Positions 1 through 10,472 of a stretch of DNA of 64,000 bases are shown in pieces. Under the pieces are notes generated by a model, which saw nothing but the letters and a program-made list of their open reading frames with translations, was not told the DNA's origin and did not search any database. A program made the position numbers and the translations under genes. Source of the stretch: an uncultured delta proteobacterium (GTDB taxonomy: Bacteria > Desulfobacterota > Binatia > JACPRU01); assembly GCA_963745025.1 (NCBI GenBank), contig CAVUWD010000016.1:352001-416000 (forward strand), written 5' to 3'. The first letter of the stretch is position 1. Every line of letters starts with the position of its first letter.

Positions 1-107
1 CTCGGCTGCGGGACCGCTGTCGCAGCCGAGCGACCACGCGAGCGGAGGCTCGCCGTGCTCGGCGCTCGCTTCTCGGAGGGCATTTCGATGCCGACGATCT
101 TGCTCAT
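1..107 (-). other. Possible 5' end of a dnaK-like gene (MSKIVGI...) running into a palindromic element; continues off the window
   Basis: ATG at 107 reads MSKIVGIE, like the DnaK start MSKIIGID. It then diverges into GC-rich inverted repeats (1-30 CTCGGCTGCG..CGCAGCCGAG). It lies downstream of groEL. Confidence 0.3.
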
Positions 108-124
108 GAGAAAACGCGGCGCAG

Positions 125-161
125 AACGTTACGGGGACGTTGGCAACATTGTCAACGTCCC
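125..161 (-). promoter_or_regulatory. sigma70-like promoter (TTGACA-N18-TAACGT) overlapped by a 28-bp palindrome
   Basis: GGGACGTTGGCAA-CA-TTGTCAACGTCCC at 134-161 (12/13 arm match) contains the minus-strand TTGACA. Confidence 0.4.
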
Positions 162-229
162 GGCGGGTTTGCCGGAAAGAAATTTGATGATGCTACCAAT
201 ATCCCGGTGAACCCCTGCCTGCGAAGACA

Positions 230-263
230 CGAACGCCGCGCCCCGGAAAGGGTGCGGCGTTCG
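230..263 (-). terminator. Hairpin downstream of groEL, putative intrinsic terminator
   Basis: CGAACGCCGCGCCC-cggaaa-GGGTGCGGCGTTCG stem; weak U-tract. Confidence 0.45.
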
Positions 264-319
264 CGCACGGAGCGTCATGCGCAGGCCGGCTTCGGCTGCG
301 AAGCGAGACGCAGATCCGG

Positions 320-1954
<1,635 letters not shown>

Positions 1955-1964
1955 TTAGGATTGT

Positions 1965-2255
1965 CTATTCGATCACTCCGAGGACGTCATCCTCGCGGAG
2001 AATCAAATGCTCCTCACCATCGAGCTTGAACTCGGTGCCCGAATACTTTGCGAACAGCACCTTGTCGCCCGCCTTGACGTCCAGCGGCAACACCTTACCG
2101 TCCTCGCGCCTGCCGGGTCCGACGGCGATCACCTTCCCCTGTTGAGGCTTTTCCTTCGCTGTATCGGGGATGATGATACCGCCCTTGCTCCTGTCCTCCT
2201 CCTCTAGCCGCTTGACGATGATCCGGTCGTGCAGTGGCTTCACTCGCTTCGCCAT
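1965..2255 (-). CDS. groS: Co-chaperonin GroES
   Basis: [14 protein letters not shown]...[14 protein letters not shown]; ATG 2255 with GGAGG upstream. Confidence 0.97.
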   Translation of the reverse strand: MAKRVKPLHDRIIVKRLEEEDRSKGGIIIPDTAKEKPQQGKVIAVGPGRREDGKVLPLDVKAGDKVLFAKYSGTEFKLDGEEHLILREDDVLGVIE

Positions 2256-2367
2256 AATCCTGTGTTCCTCCCTGAAGGCTGTTGCTGGCGGGCGGAACTT
2301 CACATGCCGCCCCGTACGTCTCGAGCAGGGCGAGTCTAATTTCGATCGCGCGCGGATCAAGGGCCGG

Positions 2368-2596
2368 ATGAAAAAAATTCTTTCTCGATAGCTGTGAGGC
2401 CGTCGCGGACGGGGAGAAGGCCCAGCCCCTGGTCGAAGAGATCGGATGGAATCAGGCCGCCCGTGGCCGCTACCGCGTCGGGGTCGGCTTCATCGATACT
2501 TGCGGCAGCGAGACGGGGGAGGCCGAGTTTCGGATGGTGACGGAAGTGTCCGGCAAGCGCCGGGAGCAGACCAGAACGGTCGGCAACCGAGTTTGA
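2368..2596 (+). pseudogene. Small ORF (~75 aa) broken by one extra A in an A7 run
   Basis: ATG-AAAAAAA-TTCTTT. Removing one A gives [12 protein letters not shown]...[14 protein letters not shown]...RV*. Confidence 0.3.
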
Positions 2597-2715
2597 CGTG
2601 TCGCAGAGATAGAGTGAGACTACGCGTACCCCATTTACGGTGATGAAACGGATGGGGTCATTGAAAACGATCGGCAAGAGAGGGACCGCGGAGCCTTAGC
2701 CGAAAGCCGATAGCC

Positions 2716-3171
2716 GTGCTGAACGTTGGTGAAAAGGTCCCAGAGATCGCGGCTCCGCTCCACGACGGCGGGGAGTTTTCGACGGCGAAGCTCCGCGGCA
2801 AGCCCTACGTCATCTATTTCTATCCGAAGGACTTCACGCCCGGCTGAACCAAGGAAGCCTGTACCTTCCGGGACCGGAAGGCCGACGTCTCCGCGGCAGG
2901 GGCCGAAGTCTACGGTGTCAGCCTCGACGGCCTCGAGCAGCACAAGGCGTTCGCCGAATCGCTGAAGCTCAATTTCCCGCTCATCCCTGACCCCGACAAG
3001 AAGCTCTCGGGTGTCTTCGGTGTCCTGCGGCTCTGGGGGCTCTTGCCGATCACCAAGCGCGTCACGTTCGTGGTCGACGGCTCGGGTGTGGTTCGCAACG
3101 TGATCGCGGCGGAGTTCAACATCGACAAGCACGTCGATGAGGCGATCACGACGCTCCGCTCGATCCGCTAG
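2716..3171 (+). CDS. bcp: Selenocysteine-containing peroxiredoxin, BCP/PrxQ family (151 aa, Sec44)
   Basis: GTG 2716; YFYPKDFTPG-TGA-TKEAC with TGA (2845-2847) at the peroxidatic Cys. The frame continues to KRVTFVVD and TAG 3169-3171. Confidence 0.9.
2864..2881 (+). promoter_or_regulatory. Putative bacterial SECIS hairpin
   Basis: CCTTCCG-GGAC-CGGAAGG; the loop starts with G, 23 nt after the UGA. Confidence 0.7.
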
Positions 3172-3221
3172 AAGAGCATCCCGGGGTGAAGCGGTCGTTT
3201 GATTGAGGGGCCGCCCGAAGC

Positions 3222-4643
3222 CTATTCTCTCAACGTGCGCTGATACAGCCGGCGGATCGCGGCGATCTTCTTCTCGAAGTTCTGCGGGGTCCAGTCGCCG
3301 GTCGCGATCGGCTTGTGTACGACCACTTCGATCGTGGCGGGGCGCACGAACATCGCGTGCTTCGGCAGCGCGTCGAGGGTGTTCTTGAAGACGATCGGTA
3401 CGATCGGAACCTCGGCGGCCATTGCCAGGTGAAACGCGCCCTTCTTGAAGCGGCCGAGCTTGGGCGTCGCGCTGCGCGTGCCCTCGGGGGCGATCGCGAT
3501 CGACAAGCCCCTCTTCAGCGCATCGATTGCGGGCTCGAGGGCTCGCACCGCCTGCTCGCGATTCGCGCGATCGACGAAGACCGCTCCGGCCAGCGTGAAC
3601 ACCGGCCCGAAGATCGGGTTGTTCTTCACCTCCTTCTTGGCGATGCCGATGAAGTCGCGGCGCAGCAGCTTGCAGAGCAGCAGCATGTCGATGGCGCTCT
3701 GGTGATTGAAGATGAAGACGGCGGGGCGATGTGACCAGAGGTGGCCTTCTCCCTGCACCCGTACGTCGACGCCGGCGATCGCCGTGCCGATCTCTCCCCA
3801 CACGCTCGCGGCCACGTTGACGGCCCTTCGCCAGCTGCCGTCCAAGAGAAAGGCCGGCAGGCCGAGCAGCGCGGAAGGAATCAGGCTGCCGACCGCGAGC
3901 GACGTGCGCAGGACCTCCGTGGCGCCCGGGGTGCCGCGGCTCGTGAAATCGCGAATCGGCCAGCCGCGCTTCACGGCGATCTCGCGAAGCCGGCCGTTCG
4001 GGTTGGTCGGTCGCGGCTTGCCGACGATCGCGAGCAGAGACAAGTCCTCCTCGCTGTCCGTGTAGAAGTAGCTCTCCTCGAGGTCGATTGCGTGCGCGGC
4101 GGCGAGCTCACGAGCGGCGATCGCTTTGCCTTCGCCGTAACACGTCGGCTTCAAGACCCCTCCGGTGAACTTGCCGTCCTTCACCTCGAGGCGAGTGCAG
4201 AGCACGTGGCGGATGCCGAGGTTCTGCGCGAGCGGATCGATCTGGTAGCGTGTCGCAGAGGACACGACTGCCACGGTATGTCCCTTCTTCAGGTGCGCCT
4301 GCACGAGCGTGCGCGATTCGGGATAGACGTCAGCGGCCAGGCGATCGTGGAAGATGCGCTCACCGATTGCCGCGAACTCCGTCTCCGGAGTGCCGCGCAG
4401 TCCTGCCGACGTGCCGGCGGCGAACGAGGAAAAGCCGATCTGACCGAGCTCGAATTGGGCGATCGCGATGGCCGTCTCGAGCATGCCGCGCGGGCCCATG
4501 CGGCCCGACACGATGCCATCGCGGATGAATTCGATCACGGAGAACCCGGCGAGCAGAGTCCGGTCGACGTCGAAGAACGCTGCGATCTGCGGGCCGGAGG
4601 GTCCGTCGAGGATCTCGCGTGTCAGCTCGGAACGCTCGGGCAT
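3222..4643 (-). CDS. HAD-IB hydrolase / 1-acylglycerol-3-phosphate acyltransferase fusion
   Basis: N-terminal FFDVDRTL and YTDS; C-terminal NHQSAID and APEGTRS. Confidence 0.9.
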   Translation of the reverse strand: MPERSELTREILDGPSGPQIAAFFDVDRTLLAGFSVIEFIRDGIVSGRMGPRGMLETAIAIAQFELGQIGFSSFAAGTSAGLRGTPETEFAAIGERIFHDRLAADVYPESRTLVQAHLKKGHTVAVVSSATRYQIDPLAQNLGIRHVLCTRLEVKDGKFTGGVLKPTCYGEGKAIAARELAAAHAIDLEESYFYTDSEEDLSLLAIVGKPRPTNPNGRLREIAVKRGWPIRDFTSRGTPGATEVLRTSLAVGSLIPSALLGLPAFLLDGSWRRAVNVAASVWGEIGTAIAGVDVRVQGEGHLWSHRPAVFIFNHQSAIDMLLLCKLLRRDFIGIAKKEVKNNPIFGPVFTLAGAVFVDRANREQAVRALEPAIDALKRGLSIAIAPEGTRSATPKLGRFKKGAFHLAMAAEVPIVPIVFKNTLDALPKHAMFVRPATIEVVVHKPIATGDWTPQNFEKKIAAIRRLYQRTLRE

Positions 4644-4764
4644 GGGGAGACCGAAGGGAAGCCTCTCAGCGCAGACTCGGGGCTGCGACCGAAACGCCCC
4701 AGGGTGATGAGGCCTCGTATCTCATATCTTCGTGCGGAACCGTTACGTGCTCTCCCCTACTAGT

Positions 4765-5433
4765 TCAGAAGCGTGCGTCGATGGCAATCGCTCTCCCCAG
4801 GCGAGCGAGATACTCCTCGCGGGGGACGGTGAGCACGCCGAGCGAGACGAGATGCGGGGTGACGAACTGCACGTCGAGCAGTACGAAGCCGTTGCGACCG
4901 AGGCGCTCCACCAGCTCGGCCAACGCGACCTTGGAGGCGTCGGCCTCGCGGTGGAACATCGACTCGGCTGCAAAGAAGCCGCCGATCGCGAGGCCATACA
5001 GTCCCCCGGCCAGACGTTCGCCCGCCCACACCTCGATGCTGTGTACCCAGCCGAGCTCATGGAGCTCGAGGTAGGCCGCCTTCATCTGCGGCGTGATCCA
5101 CGTGCCCTCGGAACGATCCGCGCATCCGGCCATGACGTCGCGACACGCATGGTCGGCGGTCACTCGAAACACGCCGCGACGACGTTTGCGCCGCAAGCTG
5201 CGCGATTCACGAAAGCCGTCGAGCGGTAAGATGGCTCGGGGATCGGGTGACCACCAGAGGAGCCGACCGTCGGGATCCGGCCAGGGAAAGATGCCCGCTC
5301 GGTATGCCGCCAGCACCGTGCCCGGCTGCAGGTCGCCGCCTGCGGCGAGCAATCCATTGGGCAACGCGGCCCGCGGATCGGGCATGCGGTAGCGGCTCGG
5401 CAACACCCCTCGCGGGCTCATCGCAAGCGCCAT
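4765..5433 (-). CDS. aat: Leucyl/phenylalanyl-tRNA--protein transferase
   Basis: AYRAGIFPW, WWSPDPR, HSIEVW, GGLYG, ESMFH and DASKVAL. Confidence 0.95.
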   Translation of the reverse strand: MALAMSPRGVLPSRYRMPDPRAALPNGLLAAGGDLQPGTVLAAYRAGIFPWPDPDGRLLWWSPDPRAILPLDGFRESRSLRRKRRRGVFRVTADHACRDVMAGCADRSEGTWITPQMKAAYLELHELGWVHSIEVWAGERLAGGLYGLAIGGFFAAESMFHREADASKVALAELVERLGRNGFVLLDVQFVTPHLVSLGVLTVPREEYLARLGRAIAIDARF

Positions 5434-5504
5434 CTTACCCTCGTGGTGCCGAGAGCCGAAGACCGAGAGCCGAGGGGCATTCCGCCGCGCATCTCCGAGC
5501 GCAA

Positions 5505-6293
5505 TCAGACGGTCACGTGAGCGGCGACGAAGCGGACGATCTCATCGATCACGGACGGGTGCTCGAAGATGTCGTTGTGACCGGCCCCGGGGACGCGAAG
5601 AAACCGCTTCGGCTCCCGCGCCAGCGCAAACAACTCCTCGCCGAGCGCGTAGGGAACGATCGCGTCACGGTCGCCGTGGACGGCGAAGAACGGAACCGAC
5701 AGCCGACCCACGAGATCCGTCGAATCAAACCGCGCGCCGGCGAGAAAGGCGAGGCTCCCGTAGTGGATGCGAGCGACCTCGCGGAGGCTCGTGAACGCCG
5801 ACACGACGACAACGGCGGCGCAGGGGCGCTCGGTCGCGAGACGAATCGACACGGCGCCTCCGAGCGACTCGCCGAAGCAGACGATCCGTGACGGAGGCGT
5901 GCCGTGCGCACGCTCGCTGTCGAAGGCTGCCGCCGCGTCGAGATAGACGCCCGCCTCGCTCGGCCGTCCCTGGCTCTTGCCGTAGCCACGGTAGTCGTAG
6001 GCGAGAACGTCGACGCCATGCGAAACGAGCGCCAGCAGCACGTCCGCACGGCCGGCGATATTGCCGGCGTTACCGTGCGACCACACGAGCGTCGCCCGCG
6101 CGGACGCGCTCCGCGCTACCCACGCGTGGAGGCGCACACCGTCGGCGGCAGTCAGCCAACGCTCTTCGACGCCCGCCGGAGGATCACCGACGAAGGGATC
6201 CGGGAAAAAAACCAGTCGGTCGATCATGACCCGAAAGCCCGAGAGCAGAGTGGCGGCGAACAGCGTCCACGCGACCTTCCGTGCCGGGCTCAC
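5505..6293 (-). CDS. Alpha/beta hydrolase
   Basis: HGNAGN, DYRGYG, GESLG nucleophile, HGDRD and GHND. Confidence 0.9.
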   Translation of the reverse strand: MSPARKVAWTLFAATLLSGFRVMIDRLVFFPDPFVGDPPAGVEERWLTAADGVRLHAWVARSASARATLVWSHGNAGNIAGRADVLLALVSHGVDVLAYDYRGYGKSQGRPSEAGVYLDAAAAFDSERAHGTPPSRIVCFGESLGGAVSIRLATERPCAAVVVVSAFTSLREVARIHYGSLAFLAGARFDSTDLVGRLSVPFFAVHGDRDAIVPYALGEELFALAREPKRFLRVPGAGHNDIFEHPSVIDEIVRFVAAHVTV

Positions 6294-6304
6294 AGGCCGT
6301 CACG

Positions 6305-7285
6305 TCAGGCGACCTGGAGCGCAACCTTACCGAAGTGGACGCTCGACTGCACGATGCGATGCGCCTCAGCGGCATTCGCAAGCGGCAGGACACGATCCAC
6401 GACCGGGCGAAGGCGACCAGCCTGCAACGCCGCACCGAAGCGTGTCTCGAACGCGCGGATGATGGATGCCTTCTCGGTTACTGGCCGACCCCGTAAGGTC
6501 GAGCCGACGACCTGCAACCGCTTCATCAGCAACGCGGCGAGATCGATCTCGCCGCGCGCGCCGCCGATCAACCCGATGATCACCAGCTTGCCGCCGACGG
6601 CGAGAATGGAGAGATTCGGCGCGAGGTAGCGCCCGCCGATCGAATCGAGAACGACGTCGACCCCGCGGCCGCCGGTGGATTCCCGCACCGGCGCCGCGAA
6701 GTCACCGTCGCGATAGTTGATGGCAACGTCGGCCCCATGCTCGCGGCAACGGCGGCACTTCTCGTCGCTGCCGGCCGTCACCAGGACTCGCAGGCCGGCC
6801 TCCCTGCACAGCGTGATCGCCGCCGTTCCGACGCCGCTCCCTCCACCATGCACGAGAACGCTCCCCTGCGGAGGGGGGTCACCCAGGAGAAAGATGTTGA
6901 GAAACGCGGTGAGAAACACTTCGGGAAACGCGCCAGCCTCCCGATCGCTCAATGCGGCGGGAACGGGAATCGCCGAGCCGGCATGCACGATCGCCTCTTC
7001 GGCGTACCCACCGCCCGGCAGCAACGCCATCGCACGATCGCCGCGCGTCCAGCCCGTCACGTTCGCACCGATCTCGACGACTTCGCCTGCACATTCGAGT
7101 CCGAGAATCGCCGAGGCGCCCGGAGGAGGTGGATACAGTCCTTGGCGCTGCATCAGGTCGGCTCGGTTGACCGCCGTCGCCCGCACGCGAATCCGCAGGT
7201 CGTCGGGTCCGGGAGTCGGCGGGGGCACGTCGCCAAGGTGGAGAACCGACTCGTCCCCCGGCTGATCGAACACGATCGCTCGCAT
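6305..7285 (-). CDS. NAD(P)H-quinone oxidoreductase (PIG3-type MDR family)
   Basis: MRAIV start; VNRADLMQRQGLYPPPPG, HGGGSGVG and HFGKVAL. Confidence 0.92.
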   Translation of the reverse strand: MRAIVFDQPGDESVLHLGDVPPPTPGPDDLRIRVRATAVNRADLMQRQGLYPPPPGASAILGLECAGEVVEIGANVTGWTRGDRAMALLPGGGYAEEAIVHAGSAIPVPAALSDREAGAFPEVFLTAFLNIFLLGDPPPQGSVLVHGGGSGVGTAAITLCREAGLRVLVTAGSDEKCRRCREHGADVAINYRDGDFAAPVRESTGGRGVDVVLDSIGGRYLAPNLSILAVGGKLVIIGLIGGARGEIDLAALLMKRLQVVGSTLRGRPVTEKASIIRAFETRFGAALQAGRLRPVVDRVLPLANAAEAHRIVQSSVHFGKVALQVA

Positions 7286-7423
7286 CGTCGTCCTTCTAGC
7301 GCCCCCCGATGCGGAAGAAAACTCGCCGCGCATCATTTTGGGCGTTGAAGCGCTGTCGACCCCGCACGATGTTGCGGGAAAGGCCCTGATCGCTTACGTC
7401 AAGGTACCGGTTGTGGGGACGTC

Positions 7424-7942
7424 GTGCGTCGACGTCGCGAAGGAGGACCGACGGAAGCCGAAGCCAGCGAGTGGATGGCCCGCGCGCTCGCCGAAGCGAG
7501 GCGAGCGGAGAAACTCGGCGAGGTCCCGATTGGCGCGGTCGTCGTCGCCAACGGGAAGATCATCGGTCGGGGACACAACGAGACGATCCGTGCCCACGAT
7601 CCGACCGCGCATGCCGAGATTCTCGCGCTCCGCCGCGCGAGTCGTCGACTCGGTCTCGAGCGGCTGACCGATGCCGCGATTTTCGTGACGCTTGAGCCGT
7701 GCGCGATGTGCGTCGGGGCGATGATCCAGGCGCGCATCGCCTCGCTGACGTTCGCCTGCCGCGACTCCAAGGCGGGAGCGGTCGTCTCGCTCTATGCGCT
7801 CGCCAGCGACCCGCGCCTAAATCACCGCTTCGGGTTTCGCGAGGGAGTTCTCGAAACGGAGTGTCGAAGCCTGCTCCAGGAATTCTTTCGCAGGCGGCGC
7901 ATGGTGAATCGTCGCGCGACGAAATCGCGCGCGGCGAGTTGA
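7424..7942 (+). CDS. tadA: tRNA adenosine(34) deaminase
   Basis: EVPIGA, DPTAHAE, TLEPCAMC and LNH; the start may be 7475. Confidence 0.92.
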   Translation: MRRRREGGPTEAEASEWMARALAEARRAEKLGEVPIGAVVVANGKIIGRGHNETIRAHDPTAHAEILALRRASRRLGLERLTDAAIFVTLEPCAMCVGAMIQARIASLTFACRDSKAGAVVSLYALASDPRLNHRFGFREGVLETECRSLLQEFFRRRRMVNRRATKSRAAS

Positions 7943-7964
7943 TTTCACCGCTCCCTCGATTTCG

Positions 7965-8372
7965 TCAATGGGCCAGACGCCGTTGCGCGGCGAGGTCGCG
8001 CACGGCGCGCACGATCTCGTCGGCCGAGGCACTTGGGCCGAAGACCGCCGCCACACCCTTCTCGCGCAATCGACGGCCGTCGGCGGGAGTGATCACCGAG
8101 CCACCGAGAACGAGTGGGATGCCATCGTCACGGTCGCGTAAAAGGTGGAGGAGATCGTCGACATAATAGACGTACTCCCATGAGTGACAGCTCACACCGA
8201 CGACGTCGACGCTTTCGTCGAGCGCCGTTGCGGCAATCGTCCGCGGCGAGGCGAAACGGCCGAGATAGATCACTTCCATGCCGGCGTCGCGCAACATCGA
8301 GGACACGGCGAGCGCCCCGGTCTCGTGCTGATCGAGGCCGAGGATCGCGACGAGCACCCGTTCAGGCGTCAT
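7965..8372 (-). CDS. Cobalamin-binding small subunit of an acyl-CoA mutase
   Basis: GLDQHETG (DxHxxG), GMEVIYLG and LVLGG; ATG 8372 overlaps the upstream stop. Confidence 0.9.
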   Translation of the reverse strand: MTPERVLVAILGLDQHETGALAVSSMLRDAGMEVIYLGRFASPRTIAATALDESVDVVGVSCHSWEYVYYVDDLLHLLRDRDDGIPLVLGGSVITPADGRRLREKGVAAVFGPSASADEIVRAVRDLAAQRRLAH

Positions 8373-10009
8373 GCCAGCATGCCCCCCGGCGCGTCCCCGA
8401 GGCGCCCCGCCGGCGGCTTGTCGGTCCCGAAGGGATCGTAGGCCTGGCCGTACGCCAGGCGAAGCACGCCCGAGATCTCCCCGAGAGTCGCTCCGGCGTC
8501 CAGTGCCGCAAGGATCGGTGGCATGAGCGACGCGCGATCGTCGGCGGCCTGGGCTCGAAGATCCGCGAGCGACGCCACGACCGGCCGCTCGTTCCTCGTC
8601 CGCTTGAACTCCCGGATCCGCTCCGCGTGATCCCAGCACGGCTCGATCTTGGTCTCGGCTACGTCCCGCAGCAGCCGGTCCTCGTCGTCGGACATGCGAA
8701 ACACGTTGACCCCGACCCGCGGCACCGTACCATCCTCGATCTCGCGCACTCGCTGGACCATGGCGTTCTCGAGCATGGTGCGGAACCAGCCGCGGGCGCT
8801 GAGCTCGGCAGGATCGCCCATCGTCTCGATCTCGGCGATGCGCGCGCAGATGCGGCGCTCCATCTCGTCGGTCAGGCTCTCTACGTAGTAGGAGCCGCCG
8901 AGAGGGTCCGCGACCCGCGCGACTCCGGTCTCGAGCTCGAGGATCTGCTGGGTGCGGAGTCCCACGAGGTGCGACTCGGGGCTCGGCGTACGGTAGGCCT
9001 CGTCGAAGGCAGAGATCTCGATCGCCTGTACGCCGGCGAGCGCGAGCGCCAGCGCTTGCGTGGTCCCGCGCACCACGTTGTTGATTGGCTGCTCGGCGGT
9101 GAGCGAGCTGCCGGCGGTATGGGCGGTGATGTTGACCGACCAGGAGCGCGGGTCGCGAGCGCCGAACTCCTCGCGCATCATGCGCGCGAACAGCCGGCGC
9201 GTGGCACGGATCTTCGCGATCTCCTCGAAGAAGCCCATCCGGCAGTTGACGAGGATCGCGATGCGCGGCGCGAAGCGGTCCACGTCGAGGCCGCGGGCGA
9301 CGAGTTCGCGCACCACTTTACGGATCTCGACGAAGCCGAGCGCCATCTCGTCGACGGCGTCGGGACCGCCGTCGCTCACGTAGTACGTGTCTTCAACGAA
9401 CGAATGAAAGCGAGGCATCTCGCGCGAGCAGAACTCGATCGAATCCAACGTGAGGCGCAGACGCAGCTCGACCGGCATGTGGACCGCGTAGCAGTAGTCC
9501 TCAGCGTAGAGCGGAGCCTGGATCACCGAGCCGCGGAGAACTTCGGCCGCCACTCCGCGTTCGCGCGCCACGAGATAGATTCCGGCGACCGCGAACCACC
9601 CGGGCAGCGAGTGCGAGAGCGTGACGCGGTCGAGGGGGATACCGTCGTAGAGCTCGCGAAAGTCCTCGAGGCGGCAGAGCGACACCCCTTGCGTGCCGAT
9701 CGAGTTTCGGGCGAACGAGTTATCGGGATCGAGGCAGGCGACTGTAGGTGCGTCGCCGATCACGTCGAGCCCGGCGGCGCCCTTCTCGATGAGGTAGCGG
9801 AACTGAGCGTTCGACCGCGCCGGCGGCCCCTCTCCCGAGAGCTCACGCTGGATCCACGTGCCGCCGCGCTCGAGGCGCGCGCGCCGGCCGCGCGTGTATG
9901 GATACGAGCCAGGGTCGCCGAGCGCCTTTTCGTAATCGAGGGCGGCGCTGTCCTCGGGACCGTAGAAGGGTTTCACTGCGATGTCCGAGAGAGATCTGCG
10001 TGACTTCAT
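8369..10009 (-). CDS. AdoCbl-dependent acyl-CoA mutase large subunit (methylmalonyl-CoA mutase family, divergent)
   Basis: PGSYPYTRG, FFEEIAKIRATRR, HTAGSSLTAEQP and DPLGGSYYVESLT. Confidence 0.9.
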   Translation of the reverse strand: MKSRRSLSDIAVKPFYGPEDSAALDYEKALGDPGSYPYTRGRRARLERGGTWIQRELSGEGPPARSNAQFRYLIEKGAAGLDVIGDAPTVACLDPDNSFARNSIGTQGVSLCRLEDFRELYDGIPLDRVTLSHSLPGWFAVAGIYLVARERGVAAEVLRGSVIQAPLYAEDYCYAVHMPVELRLRLTLDSIEFCSREMPRFHSFVEDTYYVSDGGPDAVDEMALGFVEIRKVVRELVARGLDVDRFAPRIAILVNCRMGFFEEIAKIRATRRLFARMMREEFGARDPRSWSVNITAHTAGSSLTAEQPINNVVRGTTQALALALAGVQAIEISAFDEAYRTPSPESHLVGLRTQQILELETGVARVADPLGGSYYVESLTDEMERRICARIAEIETMGDPAELSARGWFRTMLENAMVQRVREIEDGTVPRVGVNVFRMSDDEDRLLRDVAETKIEPCWDHAERIREFKRTRNERPVVASLADLRAQAADDRASLMPPILAALDAGATLGEISGVLRLAYGQAYDPFGTDKPPAGRLGDAPGGMLA

Positions 10010-10253
10010 TTTCACTCCGCTTGCATCATGGGGAAGCGGAGACGGGCAGGGCGCCGGTCCGCTCTTCGAGGGGCTGCTTCAAGTCGTCGAGCCAAGCCGC
10101 CACCATTCCGTTCGCCAACTCTTCTCCTTCGTGGCGCATGGCCCCGTTACGCCGCCGCCTGCGCCGCGCCAGGCTGCGGCAACTCGACATTGGCGAAGAC
10201 AATCGCCATCCACAGCCGCTCTATACTTAGGTATGGTTCTGTCACGAAAGGGT

Positions 10254-10269
10254 CGCAAGACCCATGCCC
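10254..10269 (-). promoter_or_regulatory. sigma54 -24/-12 promoter (mutase)
   Basis: Minus strand GGGCATGGGTCTTGCG, GG-N10-GC. Confidence 0.55.
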
Positions 10270-10309
10270 GAGTGTATTCCATTTTTTCATATAGCTCATT
10301 GACTGCATT

Positions 10310-10356
10310 TGTCTCCAAGGGAAGCAATATTCCATGTAGTGCTCCCGAAGGGAGCA
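10310..10356. promoter_or_regulatory. Two 17-bp palindromes, candidate enhancer (UAS) sites
   Basis: TGTCTCC-AAG-GGAAGCA at 10310 and the perfect TGCTCCC-GAA-GGGAGCA at 10340. Confidence 0.55.
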
Positions 10357-10385
10357 AAAGCATCTCTGAATGATCCGTTCAGCGA

Positions 10386-10401
10386 TGGCTCGCCTTTTGC
10401 T
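10386..10401 (+). promoter_or_regulatory. sigma54 promoter (hemerythrin/thiolase)
   Basis: TGGCTCGCCTTTTGCT. Confidence 0.7.
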
Positions 10402-10472
10402 GTTCGGTCATTCGGAGCATTCGTTCGCGACTCCGCTCGCGCCGCGTTTTCATACGACGAGAAAGGACCTCC

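Noticed and set aside
2314-2340. CIRCE-like element upstream of groES (GTACGTCTC-N9-GAGTCTAAT)
   Set aside because: The spacer is right but both arms deviate too far from TTAGCACTC-N9-GAGTGCTAA.
2845-2847. Nonsense mutation making bcp a pseudogene
   Set aside because: The TGA sits exactly at the catalytic Cys, has a SECIS-like hairpin, and the rest of the frame is intact.
2357-3801. Minus-strand ORFs 2357-2677 and 2635-3801
   Set aside because: No recognisable motifs; they are shadows of the peroxiredoxin, the acyltransferase and intergenic DNA.
5448-5475. Short repeat CCGAGAGCCGA x2
   Set aside because: Only two copies and no spacers; not a CRISPR array or a supportable element.
10016-10250. 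Cobalamin riboswitch or leader peptide upstream of the mutase
   Set aside because: No B12-box or conserved core visible; the 20-aa ORF (10147-10209) has no support.
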